NCBI GenBank assembly: GCA_016926065.1
Contig: JAFGPI010000152.1
Span: forward strand, 1 to 50,979
Direction: 5' to 3'
Source of the DNA: Candidatus Krumholzibacteriota bacterium
GTDB lineage: Bacteria > Krumholzibacteriota > Krumholzibacteriia > Krumholzibacteriales > Krumholzibacteriaceae
DNA: 50,979 nt
The notes beneath the pieces are model-generated. The model saw nothing but the letters and a program-made list of their open reading frames with translations, was not told where the DNA came from and did no database searches. This document shows positions 26,089-35,871 of this stretch, in pieces. Numbering within the stretch: the first letter of the stretch is position 1; the number at the start of each line of letters is the position of its first letter. The position numbers and the translations under genes were made by a program.

Positions 26089-27900
26089 TTGAGGATGGTG
26101 TGGTGGTCGGTGTTTTTAATGGTGGGTTCATTTTTTACCCTGGAACCGCTTCCGCTGGTGGTATCTTCCGGGCTTACCGTTTTACTTTACCTGTTTTCCG
26201 CATCGACCGCCCCCGGAACTTTTCCGGCTCCTTCCGCGAAACATTCCCTCCTCCAGCTCCGGCCGACCGGCGAACCTGTAAGATTCTTCCTGATCTGTTC
26301 CAGCTCTCTGCTGATACTGGTTACCTCCAATTCGCGAATACCGCCGCGTCAGATCCGGCCGGAGGGGGAGAGGGCGGGAAAGGAGTCGCCGCGGGTGAGC
26401 CATTCCGCGCGGTCTTCCGAAAGATACCGCACTTTGCCGTTCGTCTATTCGCTGAGAGGGAAAATCGGCCGCAGCTTGGAGGACCGATCCCTGGCCCAGT
26501 CCAGCCGGGCACTGCTCCGGGCCCTTATTCTGGCTGATAGATCGAGGCTGGATGGAAGACTCAGGGAAAGTTACGGCTATCTGGGGATCGCCCATTTTCT
26601 CGCTCTCAGCGGACTGCACCTGGGTATTTTAATACTGCCCCTGGGTTGGATATTCAACCGGCTCCGGTTGGGAAAATGCGCGGCGGATACCCTTCTCTTT
26701 CTGATACTGGGATTATTCACCGCCGTGGCCGGGTATCCGCCTTCCCTGCTGCGGGCTCTGGCGCTGTGGGGGGCGGTAAAGTCCTTCCAGCTGCTGGGAT
26801 TGCATTTCTCCTTGATAAGATGCCTGCTGGCCGGATCTTTTCTACTGGCGGGGGTGGATTTATCGATAATCCATAACCGCGGATTTCAGTTGTCTTTTAT
26901 CGCGGTGGCCGGGATCGCGCTACTGGGATTGCCCATCCAAAGAATGATTACCTCCCGGCTGCCCGGAGGCTGGAAGGGAAGAATCGCTCAAATATTGATC
27001 TTTCCCTTGGTCGTCTCCTGTTCGGTCAACCTATTTTCGCTGGTCCTGGTTCTAAGCTTGTTCGGACGCGCTTCGCTCATGGCTCCCCTGGTAAACCTGG
27101 TGATAATAATTCCCCTCACCCTACTGCTCTATTCCGGCATGATCTATATCTTACTTCCGGGGGCGGGATTAAAAAGACTGCTTTCCGGTTGGATCAATCT
27201 TCTCTCCGACCTGCTGCACCGGATTCCCGCATCGATTTCCTCTTTTCCTCATCCGGGTATCCAGGTGGGGGAATTGGATTATGTAAGTTACGTATTGACC
27301 GTTTCTTGCCTGGTTATTGCCGTGCGTCCCCGCACCCCCCGGAGGCGCCTGCTGCTCTTATTCGCCTTTTTGAGTTTGCTATGCTCGGTCGTCCTGGCTC
27401 CCCGGGACCGCTCCGGGGGGGCGAGGCCGGTTGATTTTCCCCCGGGAAAGCGAAGATCCGGGGGAGGAGATTGGCCCCGGGGAGAAAACGTTTTGTTCGG
27501 AAAGGAAAGGATTTTGGTGATAAAGGGTCGGTTGAACGAGAACCAAGCTCGCTTCCTGGTGGGTGACTTGTGGCGCCGCGGCACCGGTAAACTGCGATAC
27601 CTCATCGTGGTCTGCGCCGAGGGAAAGCAGGTCGGGGGATTACAATTTCTCCTCCGCCGGATGCGCCCGGATAGTGTAATATGCAGTCCGTACCTGGAGC
27701 ACAGCCTGGAATGGCCGGTCGCTGAAATAGAGAAATTCGGCTCCCGGTACCTTCCCCTGGAGGAGGATCTCCGGCTGTTGACCGGTGGGGGTTGGATAGA
27801 GATCCACGCCCCTCCCTTTCCGCCGGCTGCCGGGCATCTCGATCTCCAGCGCACGGAGTTGCGGGTGAGCTTTCCCCCGCCTCCTCCCTCCCGGAAATAA
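26089..27900 (+). CDS. comEC: ComEC/Rec2-family competence membrane protein (reduced)
   Basis: HFLALSGLHLG, PSLLRA, GFQLSF; many TM helices; no HxHxDH in the C-terminal region. Confidence 0.75.
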   Translation: MRMVWWSVFLMVGSFFTLEPLPLVVSSGLTVLLYLFSASTAPGTFPAPSAKHSLLQLRPTGEPVRFFLICSSSLLILVTSNSRIPPRQIRPEGERAGKESPRVSHSARSSERYRTLPFVYSLRGKIGRSLEDRSLAQSSRALLRALILADRSRLDGRLRESYGYLGIAHFLALSGLHLGILILPLGWIFNRLRLGKCAADTLLFLILGLFTAVAGYPPSLLRALALWGAVKSFQLLGLHFSLIRCLLAGSFLLAGVDLSIIHNRGFQLSFIAVAGIALLGLPIQRMITSRLPGGWKGRIAQILIFPLVVSCSVNLFSLVLVLSLFGRASLMAPLVNLVIIIPLTLLLYSGMIYILLPGAGLKRLLSGWINLLSDLLHRIPASISSFPHPGIQVGELDYVSYVLTVSCLVIAVRPRTPRRRLLLLFAFLSLLCSVVLAPRDRSGGARPVDFPPGKRRSGGGDWPRGENVLFGKERILVIKGRLNENQARFLVGDLWRRGTGKLRYLIVVCAEGKQVGGLQFLLRRMRPDSVICSPYLEHSLEWPVAEIEKFGSRYLPLEEDLRLLTGGGWIEIHAPPFPPAAGHLDLQRTELRVSFPPPPPSRK

Positions 27901-28073
27901 GCGCGCACCCGGGTGATGAGCCGGAATCCAGGCAAAAGGGGATAGAAATGTGAGATCGGGGGTAGACGTTATCGCCGGTAGATTATAAGATGTTGAAAGG
28001 GCGCTAATTCGAGTAAGGGGAGATCCGGGGGATATCGTCCCGGAAGCAGGCACTGATCAAGGAGGAGGATTTA

Positions 28074-28712
28074 TTGAACAGGAGGAGACCAGCAATCCTG
28101 GCGGCGGCGGTCTTAATCGCAGTCCTGAATCCTTCGTCCGCTCAGGCGATCAAGGTGGATATCACCCTGGGTTCGTCGTACTGGAATGACAGTCCCCAGT
28201 ACGTGGATTGGCGTGAGGAATACTTTTTCTCCTGGAGCGCATCTTCAAAAATCAGCCTCTTTTTTCCCCTCAGTGAAAAAATAGACGGGGGGGTGGGCTT
28301 GCGGTACAGCCGGTGGTGGGTGGATAAACCGACCGATGTATCCAGTACGGTGGAACCGCTGTCCGGGAAAAAGGAGCTTTATGAAATTCTGGCCGCCGCC
28401 CGTTTATATATTTACCAAGATGATTGGGAGAGGGGAAGAATGAAATTTTTCTTCCAATTGGGAACCAGTCTTTATTTTGAAAATTCAGCCATTACCATGG
28501 AATACTTCAATCCGGTCTATATCAGCCAGGGCCGGGGTAAAGGCATCTACCAGCGTGAGTCCTGGGGGGTGAACTTCGGGATAGGAGGAGAACGCGAGAT
28601 CAAACGAAACCTGTCCTTCATCTTCCTCTCTCGCATACATCACATATATAACGACCGCTACCCCAAAGCGGTATTCACCTTCGGCTTGGGTATAGTTATC
28701 CATCCCGGATAG
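28074..28712 (+). CDS. Small outer-membrane beta-barrel-like protein
   Basis: Signal peptide ending AQA; amphipathic beta-strands; GGAGGAGG RBS with a TTG start. Confidence 0.6.
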   Translation: MNRRRPAILAAAVLIAVLNPSSAQAIKVDITLGSSYWNDSPQYVDWREEYFFSWSASSKISLFFPLSEKIDGGVGLRYSRWWVDKPTDVSSTVEPLSGKKELYEILAAARLYIYQDDWERGRMKFFFQLGTSLYFENSAITMEYFNPVYISQGRGKGIYQRESWGVNFGIGGEREIKRNLSFIFLSRIHHIYNDRYPKAVFTFGLGIVIHPG

Positions 28713-28792
28713 GCCCTCGCCGCTGAAGCATGGCCCCGGGAGGCGCCGCCGCGACGGCCGAAAAATGCGCCGGATATAATCCGGATCACTGC

Positions 28793-28821
28793 TTGACTTA
28801 ACTGCCGGAGGGGGATATCAT
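28793..28821 (+). promoter_or_regulatory. sigma70 promoter of the pur operon
   Basis: TTGACT-17 nt-TATCAT. Confidence 0.65.
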
Positions 28822-28938
28822 GCGCTGTATCGGATCTGTGGTGAGATTGAAATCAACTCAGGGAACCGGCTTTTCTCCGTAAGCCCCCGGATCATTTTAC
28901 CAGACCGGTTCTGACTGGTTATCCACGAAAGAGAAGGA

Positions 28939-29565
28939 ATGAAAAACAAGCTAAAAGTGGCCGTTCTGGCCTCCGGAAGAGGCAGTAATTTCCAGGCCCT
29001 GGTGCGGGCCGCCGCGGCCGAGGATTACCCGGCGGAGATAAGATTGCTGATAGTGGACAATGGGGAAGCCGGAGCGCTCGGCCATGCGCGGGAAAACGGC
29101 ATTGAGGTCCGGGTGGTCGATTGCGGGAAAAGAAGAGGATCGATGATCCCGGAGGCGAGCCAGGAAATGTACCGCTTATGCCGGGAGAGGGAGATCGGAC
29201 TGGTGTGCCTGGCCGGATTCATGCGCATCGTGAAGGGCCGCCTGCTGGATGAATACGAGGGCCGGATGATTAACATCCATCCCGCTCTGCTCCCCAGTTT
29301 CAGGGGACTCGACGGCCAGAAGCAGGCCCTCGAATACGGGGTGCGCTATTCCGGATGCACGGTGCATTTCGTCGATAAGGGAGTGGATACGGGACCGGTG
29401 ATTATTCAGAAGGTGGTTCCGGTTGAACAGGATGATACGGTGGAGTCGCTCAGTGTCCGGATCCTCAAGGAAGAGCACAGAGCCTACCCGGAAGCGGTCA
29501 GGCTATTCGCCGAGGGAAGATTGGCCCTGGATGGAAAAAGAAGGGTGGTAATCGATTATGAGTAG
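28939..29565 (+). CDS. purN: Phosphoribosylglycinamide formyltransferase
   Basis: SGRGSNF, LAGFMRI, NIHPALLP, GCTVHFV..GVDTG. Confidence 0.96.
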   Translation: MKNKLKVAVLASGRGSNFQALVRAAAAEDYPAEIRLLIVDNGEAGALGHARENGIEVRVVDCGKRRGSMIPEASQEMYRLCREREIGLVCLAGFMRIVKGRLLDEYEGRMINIHPALLPSFRGLDGQKQALEYGVRYSGCTVHFVDKGVDTGPVIIQKVVPVEQDDTVESLSVRILKEEHRAYPEAVRLFAEGRLALDGKRRVVIDYE

Positions 29566-30469
29566 TCGAATTAATATAAACGGCGCCGTCAACCTTCCCG
29601 GCTTGATCCCGGCCTACCAAGGGAAGGTCAGGGACATCTACGATCTGGGGGATAAGCTCCTGATAGTGGTGTCGGACCGGATATCGGCCTACGATTCGGT
29701 CCTTCCCACGCCGGTGCCGGGTAAGGGCGTAGTTTTGAATATGATATCGGCAGCCTGGTTCGAATGGTTCGATGACCTTCCCCACCACATGCTCAGCGTG
29801 GAGAGCGCGGATTATCCGGAGCCTTTCAAAAGATTCGAGAAAGAACTCCGGGGCCGCTCGATGCTGGTCCGGAAGGCGGAGAGGATCGATCTGGAATGCA
29901 TCGTGAGGGGATATATCTCCGGCTCGGGTTGGAGGGAGTACCAGCAAACCGGCAAGGTTTGCGGACTGGAACTCCCTTCCGGGTTGAGGCTTTCCGACAA
30001 ACTGGAGGAGCCTATCTTCACCCCCTCCACCAAGGCGGAATCCGGTCACGACGAAAACATTTCCCTGGAGAGGGCCGCCCGCTTGGTGGGGGAGGACACC
30101 TACGAGAAGATAAGAAGCATGAGTCTGGATATCTATTCCCGGGCCAGCCAGCACGCCGCCGGCAAAGGCATTATAATCGCCGACTCCAAGTTCGAATTCG
30201 GCCGGATTGACGGCCGCGTGATTATCATAGACGAGATCTTGACTCCCGATTCCTCCCGGTTTTGGCTGGAGGAAGAATATGAGCCGGGCCGGCAGCAGAA
30301 AAGCCTGGATAAGCAGTTTGTCCGCGATTATCTGGACGAGATCGGATGGGATCACAATCCCCCCGCTCCGGAACTACCCCCGTCCATATTAAAGAAGACC
30401 AGCGAACGTTATGAAATGGCCCTGGAGCGTTTATTTCCACACCTGGACATCAAGAGGTATTTAGGATGA
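29558..30469 (+). CDS. purC: SAICAR synthase
   Basis: GKVRDIY, SDRISAYD, ECIVRGY, DSKFEFG, DEILTPDSSRFW, DKQFVR. Confidence 0.96.
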   Translation: MSSRININGAVNLPGLIPAYQGKVRDIYDLGDKLLIVVSDRISAYDSVLPTPVPGKGVVLNMISAAWFEWFDDLPHHMLSVESADYPEPFKRFEKELRGRSMLVRKAERIDLECIVRGYISGSGWREYQQTGKVCGLELPSGLRLSDKLEEPIFTPSTKAESGHDENISLERAARLVGEDTYEKIRSMSLDIYSRASQHAAGKGIIIADSKFEFGRIDGRVIIIDEILTPDSSRFWLEEEYEPGRQQKSLDKQFVRDYLDEIGWDHNPPAPELPPSILKKTSERYEMALERLFPHLDIKRYLG

Positions 30470-32028
30470 ACGGTAAGATAAAGAGAGCCTTGATCAGCGT
30501 GACCGACAAGAGCGGGCTGGAAACATTCGCCCGGGCCCTGGCCGAAAGATCGATTGAAATCATCGCTTCGGGCGGAACCGCCACCGCCCTGCGGGCCGCC
30601 GGGATCCCGGTGGTGGATATCAGTGATCTGACCGGTTTCCCCGAATGCATGAACGGAAGGGTGAAAACTCTGCATCCCAAGATACACGGAGGAATACTGG
30701 CCGATCGCGAAAATCCCGAACACCTGCGGCAGGCGGAAGAGCTGGGTGTGGGATTGATCGATCTGATCGTGGTGAACCTCTACCGTTTCCGGGAGGCGGC
30801 GGCCAATCCGGAATTGGATGAAAGAGGGATGGTGGAGCAGATTGATATCGGTGGCCCCACGCTGATACGATCCGCCGCCAAAAACTATCATTCGGTGGCG
30901 GTGGTGGTTGACCCCGCCGATTACGAAGGAATCATAGGGGAGCTGGATGATACCGGCGGCGAGATAACTCTAGCTAAACGCAGGAGCCTGGCATCCCGGG
31001 CTTTTCACCATACGGCCGGCTACGATGCGGCCATATCGGTCTATTTCGAGGGCTTGGAGCACCCGGATAACTTTCCGGAAGAGAAGATCACCCTCTACAA
31101 GAAGATCCATTCCCTGCGCTACGGAGAGAATCCTCACCAGCGGGCGGCCCTATATACAGAGAATCCGCCCCAGGGTAAATTTGGGGATTTTATTCAGCAC
31201 CAGGGCAAGGAACTTTCCTTCAACAACATTCAGGATATGTGGGCCGCTTTCCTCCTCTCCCGGGACCTGGGGAAGAATTCGTGCGCCATTCTGAAGCACA
31301 TGAATCCCTGCGGCGCGGCGGTTTGCGACACCCCCGGAGAAAGCTTTATCCGGGCCCGGAAGACGGACCCGGTTTCCGCCTTTGGGAGCGTGGTGGCGGT
31401 AAACGGAGTGGCGGATGAGGAGCTGGCCGGGGCCTCGACCGAAGGTTTCGTGGAGGTGATCATGGCCCGGGGATTCACGGAGAAGGCCTTGACCCGGCTG
31501 AAAAGGAAAAAGAATCTGCGCCTGATCGAAGTTCCCGGATCCGAATGGGACCGGGATCTGGGAGGCTGGGTAACCCGGGAGGCGGGGGAGCTTCTGCTGG
31601 TGCAGGAAAGGGATGCGGGATTTCCGGAACTCGATAAACTTGAATACGTCACTCCCCGGAAACCTTCCCCCGACGAGGAGAAAGCGCTCATCCTGGCCTG
31701 GAAAATAGTAAAGCATATTAAATCCAACGGCATCGTAATCTGTGATAAAGAAGGAACGGTGGGGGTGGGGGCCGGCCAGATGAGCAGGGTGGATTCTTGC
31801 CGTATAGCGGTGGAAAAAGCGCAGCTGGCGGGGATGCAGATAGAAAACGCCGCGGCGGGTTCGGACGCCTTTTTCCCCTTCCCCGACGGGGTGGAGACCT
31901 TGGTTCGGGCGGGGGTGAAATCGGTTATTCAACCGGGAGGATCCATACGGGATAAAGAAGTGATGGAAGCGGCCCGGAAACTGGGAATAACCATGGCCTT
32001 AACCGGTATAAGACATTTCAGACACTAG
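30466..32028 (+). CDS. purH: Bifunctional AICAR transformylase/IMP cyclohydrolase
   Basis: GRVKTLHP, IDIGGPTLIR, RYGENPHQ, GAGQMSRVDS, SDAFFPF. Confidence 0.97.
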   Translation: MNGKIKRALISVTDKSGLETFARALAERSIEIIASGGTATALRAAGIPVVDISDLTGFPECMNGRVKTLHPKIHGGILADRENPEHLRQAEELGVGLIDLIVVNLYRFREAAANPELDERGMVEQIDIGGPTLIRSAAKNYHSVAVVVDPADYEGIIGELDDTGGEITLAKRRSLASRAFHHTAGYDAAISVYFEGLEHPDNFPEEKITLYKKIHSLRYGENPHQRAALYTENPPQGKFGDFIQHQGKELSFNNIQDMWAAFLLSRDLGKNSCAILKHMNPCGAAVCDTPGESFIRARKTDPVSAFGSVVAVNGVADEELAGASTEGFVEVIMARGFTEKALTRLKRKKNLRLIEVPGSEWDRDLGGWVTREAGELLLVQERDAGFPELDKLEYVTPRKPSPDEEKALILAWKIVKHIKSNGIVICDKEGTVGVGAGQMSRVDSCRIAVEKAQLAGMQIENAAAGSDAFFPFPDGVETLVRAGVKSVIQPGGSIRDKEVMEAARKLGITMALTGIRHFRH

Positions 32029-32040
32029 GGGGAGACCGGA

Positions 32041-33594
32041 TTGATAAAAACGGACTGGGAAGGGGAATCGATCGTTATCCTCGATTATGGCTCTCAATAC
32101 ACCCAACTTATAGCACGCAAGGTGAGGGCCGAAAAAGTATTTTCGGTGATCATGCCGCCCTCGGCCGGAGTGGATGAAATACGCTCGGAAAAACCGAACG
32201 GCATCATCCTTTCGGGGGGTCCCGCGGACGTAACGGAAAGGGGCGCGCCCGGGCTGGGTGCCGATATCTTTTCCCTGGGAATCCCGGTGCTGGGAATATG
32301 CTACGGGATGCATCTGCTTTCCCTGGTCAGGGGAGCGTTGGTGGAAAAGGATGATCACCGGGAGTACGGGCACACCGTCATTCAGGTCTCCGGGGAGAGC
32401 GAGATCTTTCGCGACACTCCCCCGGAACAACGGGTATGGATGAGCCACGGAGTGCGGGTAAAAACCTTACCGGAAAAGTTCAAACCGATCGCCTCGTCGG
32501 AGGGGTGTCCGATTGCCGCCATCGAAAATAGAGAGGAAAGGATCTACGGGCTGCAATTTCATCCGGAAGTCTATCACACCGAGTATGGGGAGAAGATATT
32601 GAGGAATTTCCTTTTCCAGATTTGCGGCTGCCGGGGAAACTGGGATTCCCATTCCTTCGTGGAGGCCGAAGTGGCCAAGATAAGGAAAAAGGTGGGCCGT
32701 TCCCGGGTGCTGTGCGCGGTCAGCGGAGGGGTCGACAGCTCGGTGATGTCGGCCCTGATGGACCGGGCGATCGGCAAACAGCTCTGTCCGGTTTTCGTGG
32801 ATAACGGATTATTGCGCCACCGGGAAGCCGAGGAAGTGAGAGAAATGATCTCCGAATATCTCACTACCGATCTGGTTTTCGTGGACGCGGCGGATGAATT
32901 CCTGAGAAGGCTGGAGGGGGTGGCGGATGCCGAGGAGAAAAGAAAAATCATCGGTAAGTGTTTCATAGATATATTCGAGGAACAGAGCGCCCGTCACGGA
33001 CCCTTTGATTTCCTGGCCCAGGGAACGCTCTATCCCGACGTGATCGAGAGCCGGTCCACGGTGGGGCCATCGGCCACCATTAAATCCCATCATAACGTGG
33101 GAGGGCTGCCGGAAAACCTGAGGTTCAATCTGATTGAACCCCTGGCCTTGCTTTTCAAGGATGAAGTGAGAGAAGTAGGAAAGGTGCTGGGTCTGCCCGG
33201 GAAACAGATCGCCCGGCATCCCTTTCCCGGGCCGGGACTGTCGGTAAGAATCCCGGGCGCGGTGAGGAAAGAGGACCTCGACCTACTGCGGCAGGTGGAT
33301 CGGATCTTTATTGAAGGCCTGCGCAGGGAGGAGCTGTATGATCAAGTATGGCAGGCATTTGCCGTTCTGCTCCCGGTAAAGAGCGTGGGAGTGATGGGAG
33401 ATGAAAGAACCTATCAAAGAACGGCTGTTCTGCGGGCCGTGACCAGCACCGACGGAATGACGGCCGACTGGGCCAAGCTGCCCAACGAATTTCTGCAAAC
33501 CATCGCCAGCGAGATTATCAATAAGGTCCATGGCATCAACCGGGTGGTGTACGATATCAGCTCCAAACCCCCCAGCACCATCGAGTGGGAATAA
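32041..33594 (+). CDS. guaA: GMP synthase (glutamine-hydrolysing)
   Basis: GSQYTQLIAR, LGICYGM, QFHPEV, SGGVDS, IKSHHNVGGLP, KPPSTIEWE. Confidence 0.97.
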   Translation: MIKTDWEGESIVILDYGSQYTQLIARKVRAEKVFSVIMPPSAGVDEIRSEKPNGIILSGGPADVTERGAPGLGADIFSLGIPVLGICYGMHLLSLVRGALVEKDDHREYGHTVIQVSGESEIFRDTPPEQRVWMSHGVRVKTLPEKFKPIASSEGCPIAAIENREERIYGLQFHPEVYHTEYGEKILRNFLFQICGCRGNWDSHSFVEAEVAKIRKKVGRSRVLCAVSGGVDSSVMSALMDRAIGKQLCPVFVDNGLLRHREAEEVREMISEYLTTDLVFVDAADEFLRRLEGVADAEEKRKIIGKCFIDIFEEQSARHGPFDFLAQGTLYPDVIESRSTVGPSATIKSHHNVGGLPENLRFNLIEPLALLFKDEVREVGKVLGLPGKQIARHPFPGPGLSVRIPGAVRKEDLDLLRQVDRIFIEGLRREELYDQVWQAFAVLLPVKSVGVMGDERTYQRTAVLRAVTSTDGMTADWAKLPNEFLQTIASEIINKVHGINRVVYDISSKPPSTIEWE

Positions 33595-33603
33595 TCTCAA
33601 TTC

Positions 33604-33618
33604 TGGCATTTAACTTGC
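33604..33618 (+). promoter_or_regulatory. sigma54 -24/-12 promoter upstream of the slt-like gene
   Basis: TGGCATTTAACTTGC: GG-N10-GC with TTGC. Confidence 0.65.
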
Positions 33619-33648
33619 CCTTAAGTGATTTCGGTAACATCATAAAGT

Positions 33649-35871
33649 ATGAAAAGTGCGATGAAAATGCGTTACGAACGAACATTTTTTTTCTTTCTTT
33701 TATTCATCCTATCCCTGGATCCCGCGCGCTCCGGAGCCGTTGAAAACGGAGCCGATAATCACCTATGGAGGGGAGAGTACTGGCAGGCGCTGGAGGATAG
33801 GGAGGAAGGGAAGAGTCCGGACCGGGCCGCCATTCTGACCATGGCCGGTGATGTGGAAAGGGCCTGCCGGATTCTGGATAAACGGGGAGACCTATTCCGC
33901 GCCGCCCTAGTCGCGTTTAAAGCTGGTGATTATGACCGGGTGCTGGAGCGAACCGGTCTGAGGCTGGACAATGAATGGCTGGAAATATACAGATTGATGA
34001 TCAGGGGCAAGGTATTATTCGAAACGGGAGAATTCCCCGAAAGCGCCGCGGAGACTTCCCGGATCCTATCCAAAGTAGTGGAGGATCCCCGTCTGCGCGA
34101 CCATCATCTAATAAATCCCGTAGCCGATCTATTCGTGCAGGCCGCGGTATGTTCACCCACCTGGCATTCCGCTCCGGCCCTGAATTATCTATCCTACGAT
34201 ATGCTCAATGGGAAAAGCCTGCTGCTTCTCTCCCGTGGCTATTTTGCCGCCGGAGAGGTGGACAAGGCGAGAGAGACGCTTATCCAGGCCTTGCACAAAC
34301 CGGGGTGCGATGAAGCGGAGGAGTTGCTGGCAAAGTTGATTTCCGAGCATCACCTGGACACCTTGTCTTTCCAGGAAGAGGAGATACACCTGCTGGCGGA
34401 AAAAGCCGTCCGCTATGGGCGGTCCCAGAGTATCCGGTTTCTCATGCGGAAAATGAAGGAGATGGGAATGTCTCCCTATGAATATAAATATCTGTATGCC
34501 AACCAGCTGCACATCGACGGGAATAAAAGAAGGGCCCTGGCCCTGTTCCGGGAACTATTCCGTTCCCCGGCCGCGGTCTCTTTAAAAAAGGAAGCCTTGC
34601 TGAAAATCGCCATGCTGGAGTATGGATTCAAACATTATCAGAAAGCCGCGGAGAGCTACCGGTTGTTTGGAAGATATTATCCCCGGGACCGGAGGGCGGA
34701 AAAATACCTGGATATAGCAGCTCGAATACATGCCGCCCGGGGGGACTGGAACGGCGCCCTGAAGATATGGAAGGAACTGAGAGCGAGCGGGGTGGAGACC
34801 TCTCGGGGAAAGGAGGCGCTGTTGAGCGAAGCCGTTTTACGCTTCTGGCGGGGGGATACGACCGGCGCTCATGCTATTTTAAAAAGCCATTTACCCCTGT
34901 TTCAAAACCGGTTGAAGGAATCCGCCTTCTATTGGCTGTGTAGAACCGGAGAAGATCAAGAGACCCGGGATTATTGGAAGAGCGAGCTGATGCGGCAGTT
35001 CCCCCGCTCATTTTACGCGGCGGCCCTGCGGGAGGGCCCCTCGATCTTTACCGTGGAAAAAGAATATCAAGATCCCGATTCCCTGCTGTGCCGCATGGAA
35101 TCGGCCGAAATAAGTTATTTCGATAATCTGGAGGAGATCCTGCCGGACAGCGGGACGGTCGCCACACATCCGGCGGGGGAGGCTTTTTTCTATTTCCTGG
35201 AATGCGGATTATTGGAGGAAGCGGAACGCTGTGGAGAGGTATTATCCCGCCTCTACGCTCACGACCGCAAGGAGCTGGGGAAGATGTACCGTCACGCCCG
35301 GCTGAATGGCATGGCCGGATTCAGCATATCACTTTTGAACGCGCCGGCTTTCTATCACAGTGGGGACTCCCTCCCCGATTATCTGAGGTACCCGGTGGCT
35401 TTTCCCGGATTATTGAGCCGGCAGATATCCACCAGGAGGATCCCCGCCGAGCTGGTGCTGGGCCTAATCCGGGAAGAGAGCCATTTCAGGAGGAACGCGG
35501 TGTCCCCTGCCGGGGCCTGCGGATTGATGCAACTGCTGCCTTCCACCGGGGAATGGATAGGTAAGAAACTGGAAAGGAAATCAATTACCCGGGAAGAGCT
35601 TTTCGAGCCGGCCATAAATATTGAAGCGGGTACGTGGTATTTGAGATTTTTACTCAATAGAAGCCAGGATTCGGTGATTGGAACGCTTGCGGCATACAAT
35701 GCCGGTTCAGCTAAGATGTCCAAATGGAGAAAAACGTTCAAACCGTCCCAGCATCCGCTGATCGCGCTGGAAATGATAGGTCTCGAGGAAACGCGGGCAT
35801 ACGTGAAGAAAGTGCTGGCCTCGATGTTTATTTATCGGTCTCTGGCCGCTCAAAATACGGAGCTGCGATGA
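33649..35871 (+). CDS. Slt-like soluble lytic transglycosylase with TPR-like repeats
   Basis: Signal peptide; IREES, GLMQLLP, AAYNAG, ETRAYV motifs. Confidence 0.88.
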   Translation: MKSAMKMRYERTFFFFLLFILSLDPARSGAVENGADNHLWRGEYWQALEDREEGKSPDRAAILTMAGDVERACRILDKRGDLFRAALVAFKAGDYDRVLERTGLRLDNEWLEIYRLMIRGKVLFETGEFPESAAETSRILSKVVEDPRLRDHHLINPVADLFVQAAVCSPTWHSAPALNYLSYDMLNGKSLLLLSRGYFAAGEVDKARETLIQALHKPGCDEAEELLAKLISEHHLDTLSFQEEEIHLLAEKAVRYGRSQSIRFLMRKMKEMGMSPYEYKYLYANQLHIDGNKRRALALFRELFRSPAAVSLKKEALLKIAMLEYGFKHYQKAAESYRLFGRYYPRDRRAEKYLDIAARIHAARGDWNGALKIWKELRASGVETSRGKEALLSEAVLRFWRGDTTGAHAILKSHLPLFQNRLKESAFYWLCRTGEDQETRDYWKSELMRQFPRSFYAAALREGPSIFTVEKEYQDPDSLLCRMESAEISYFDNLEEILPDSGTVATHPAGEAFFYFLECGLLEEAERCGEVLSRLYAHDRKELGKMYRHARLNGMAGFSISLLNAPAFYHSGDSLPDYLRYPVAFPGLLSRQISTRRIPAELVLGLIREESHFRRNAVSPAGACGLMQLLPSTGEWIGKKLERKSITREELFEPAINIEAGTWYLRFLLNRSQDSVIGTLAAYNAGSAKMSKWRKTFKPSQHPLIALEMIGLEETRAYVKKVLASMFIYRSLAAQNTELR

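Noticed and set aside
28828-28938. Canonical ZTP, purine or PRPP riboswitch
   Set aside because: The conserved cores I recall for these classes are not visible; kept only as an unassigned candidate
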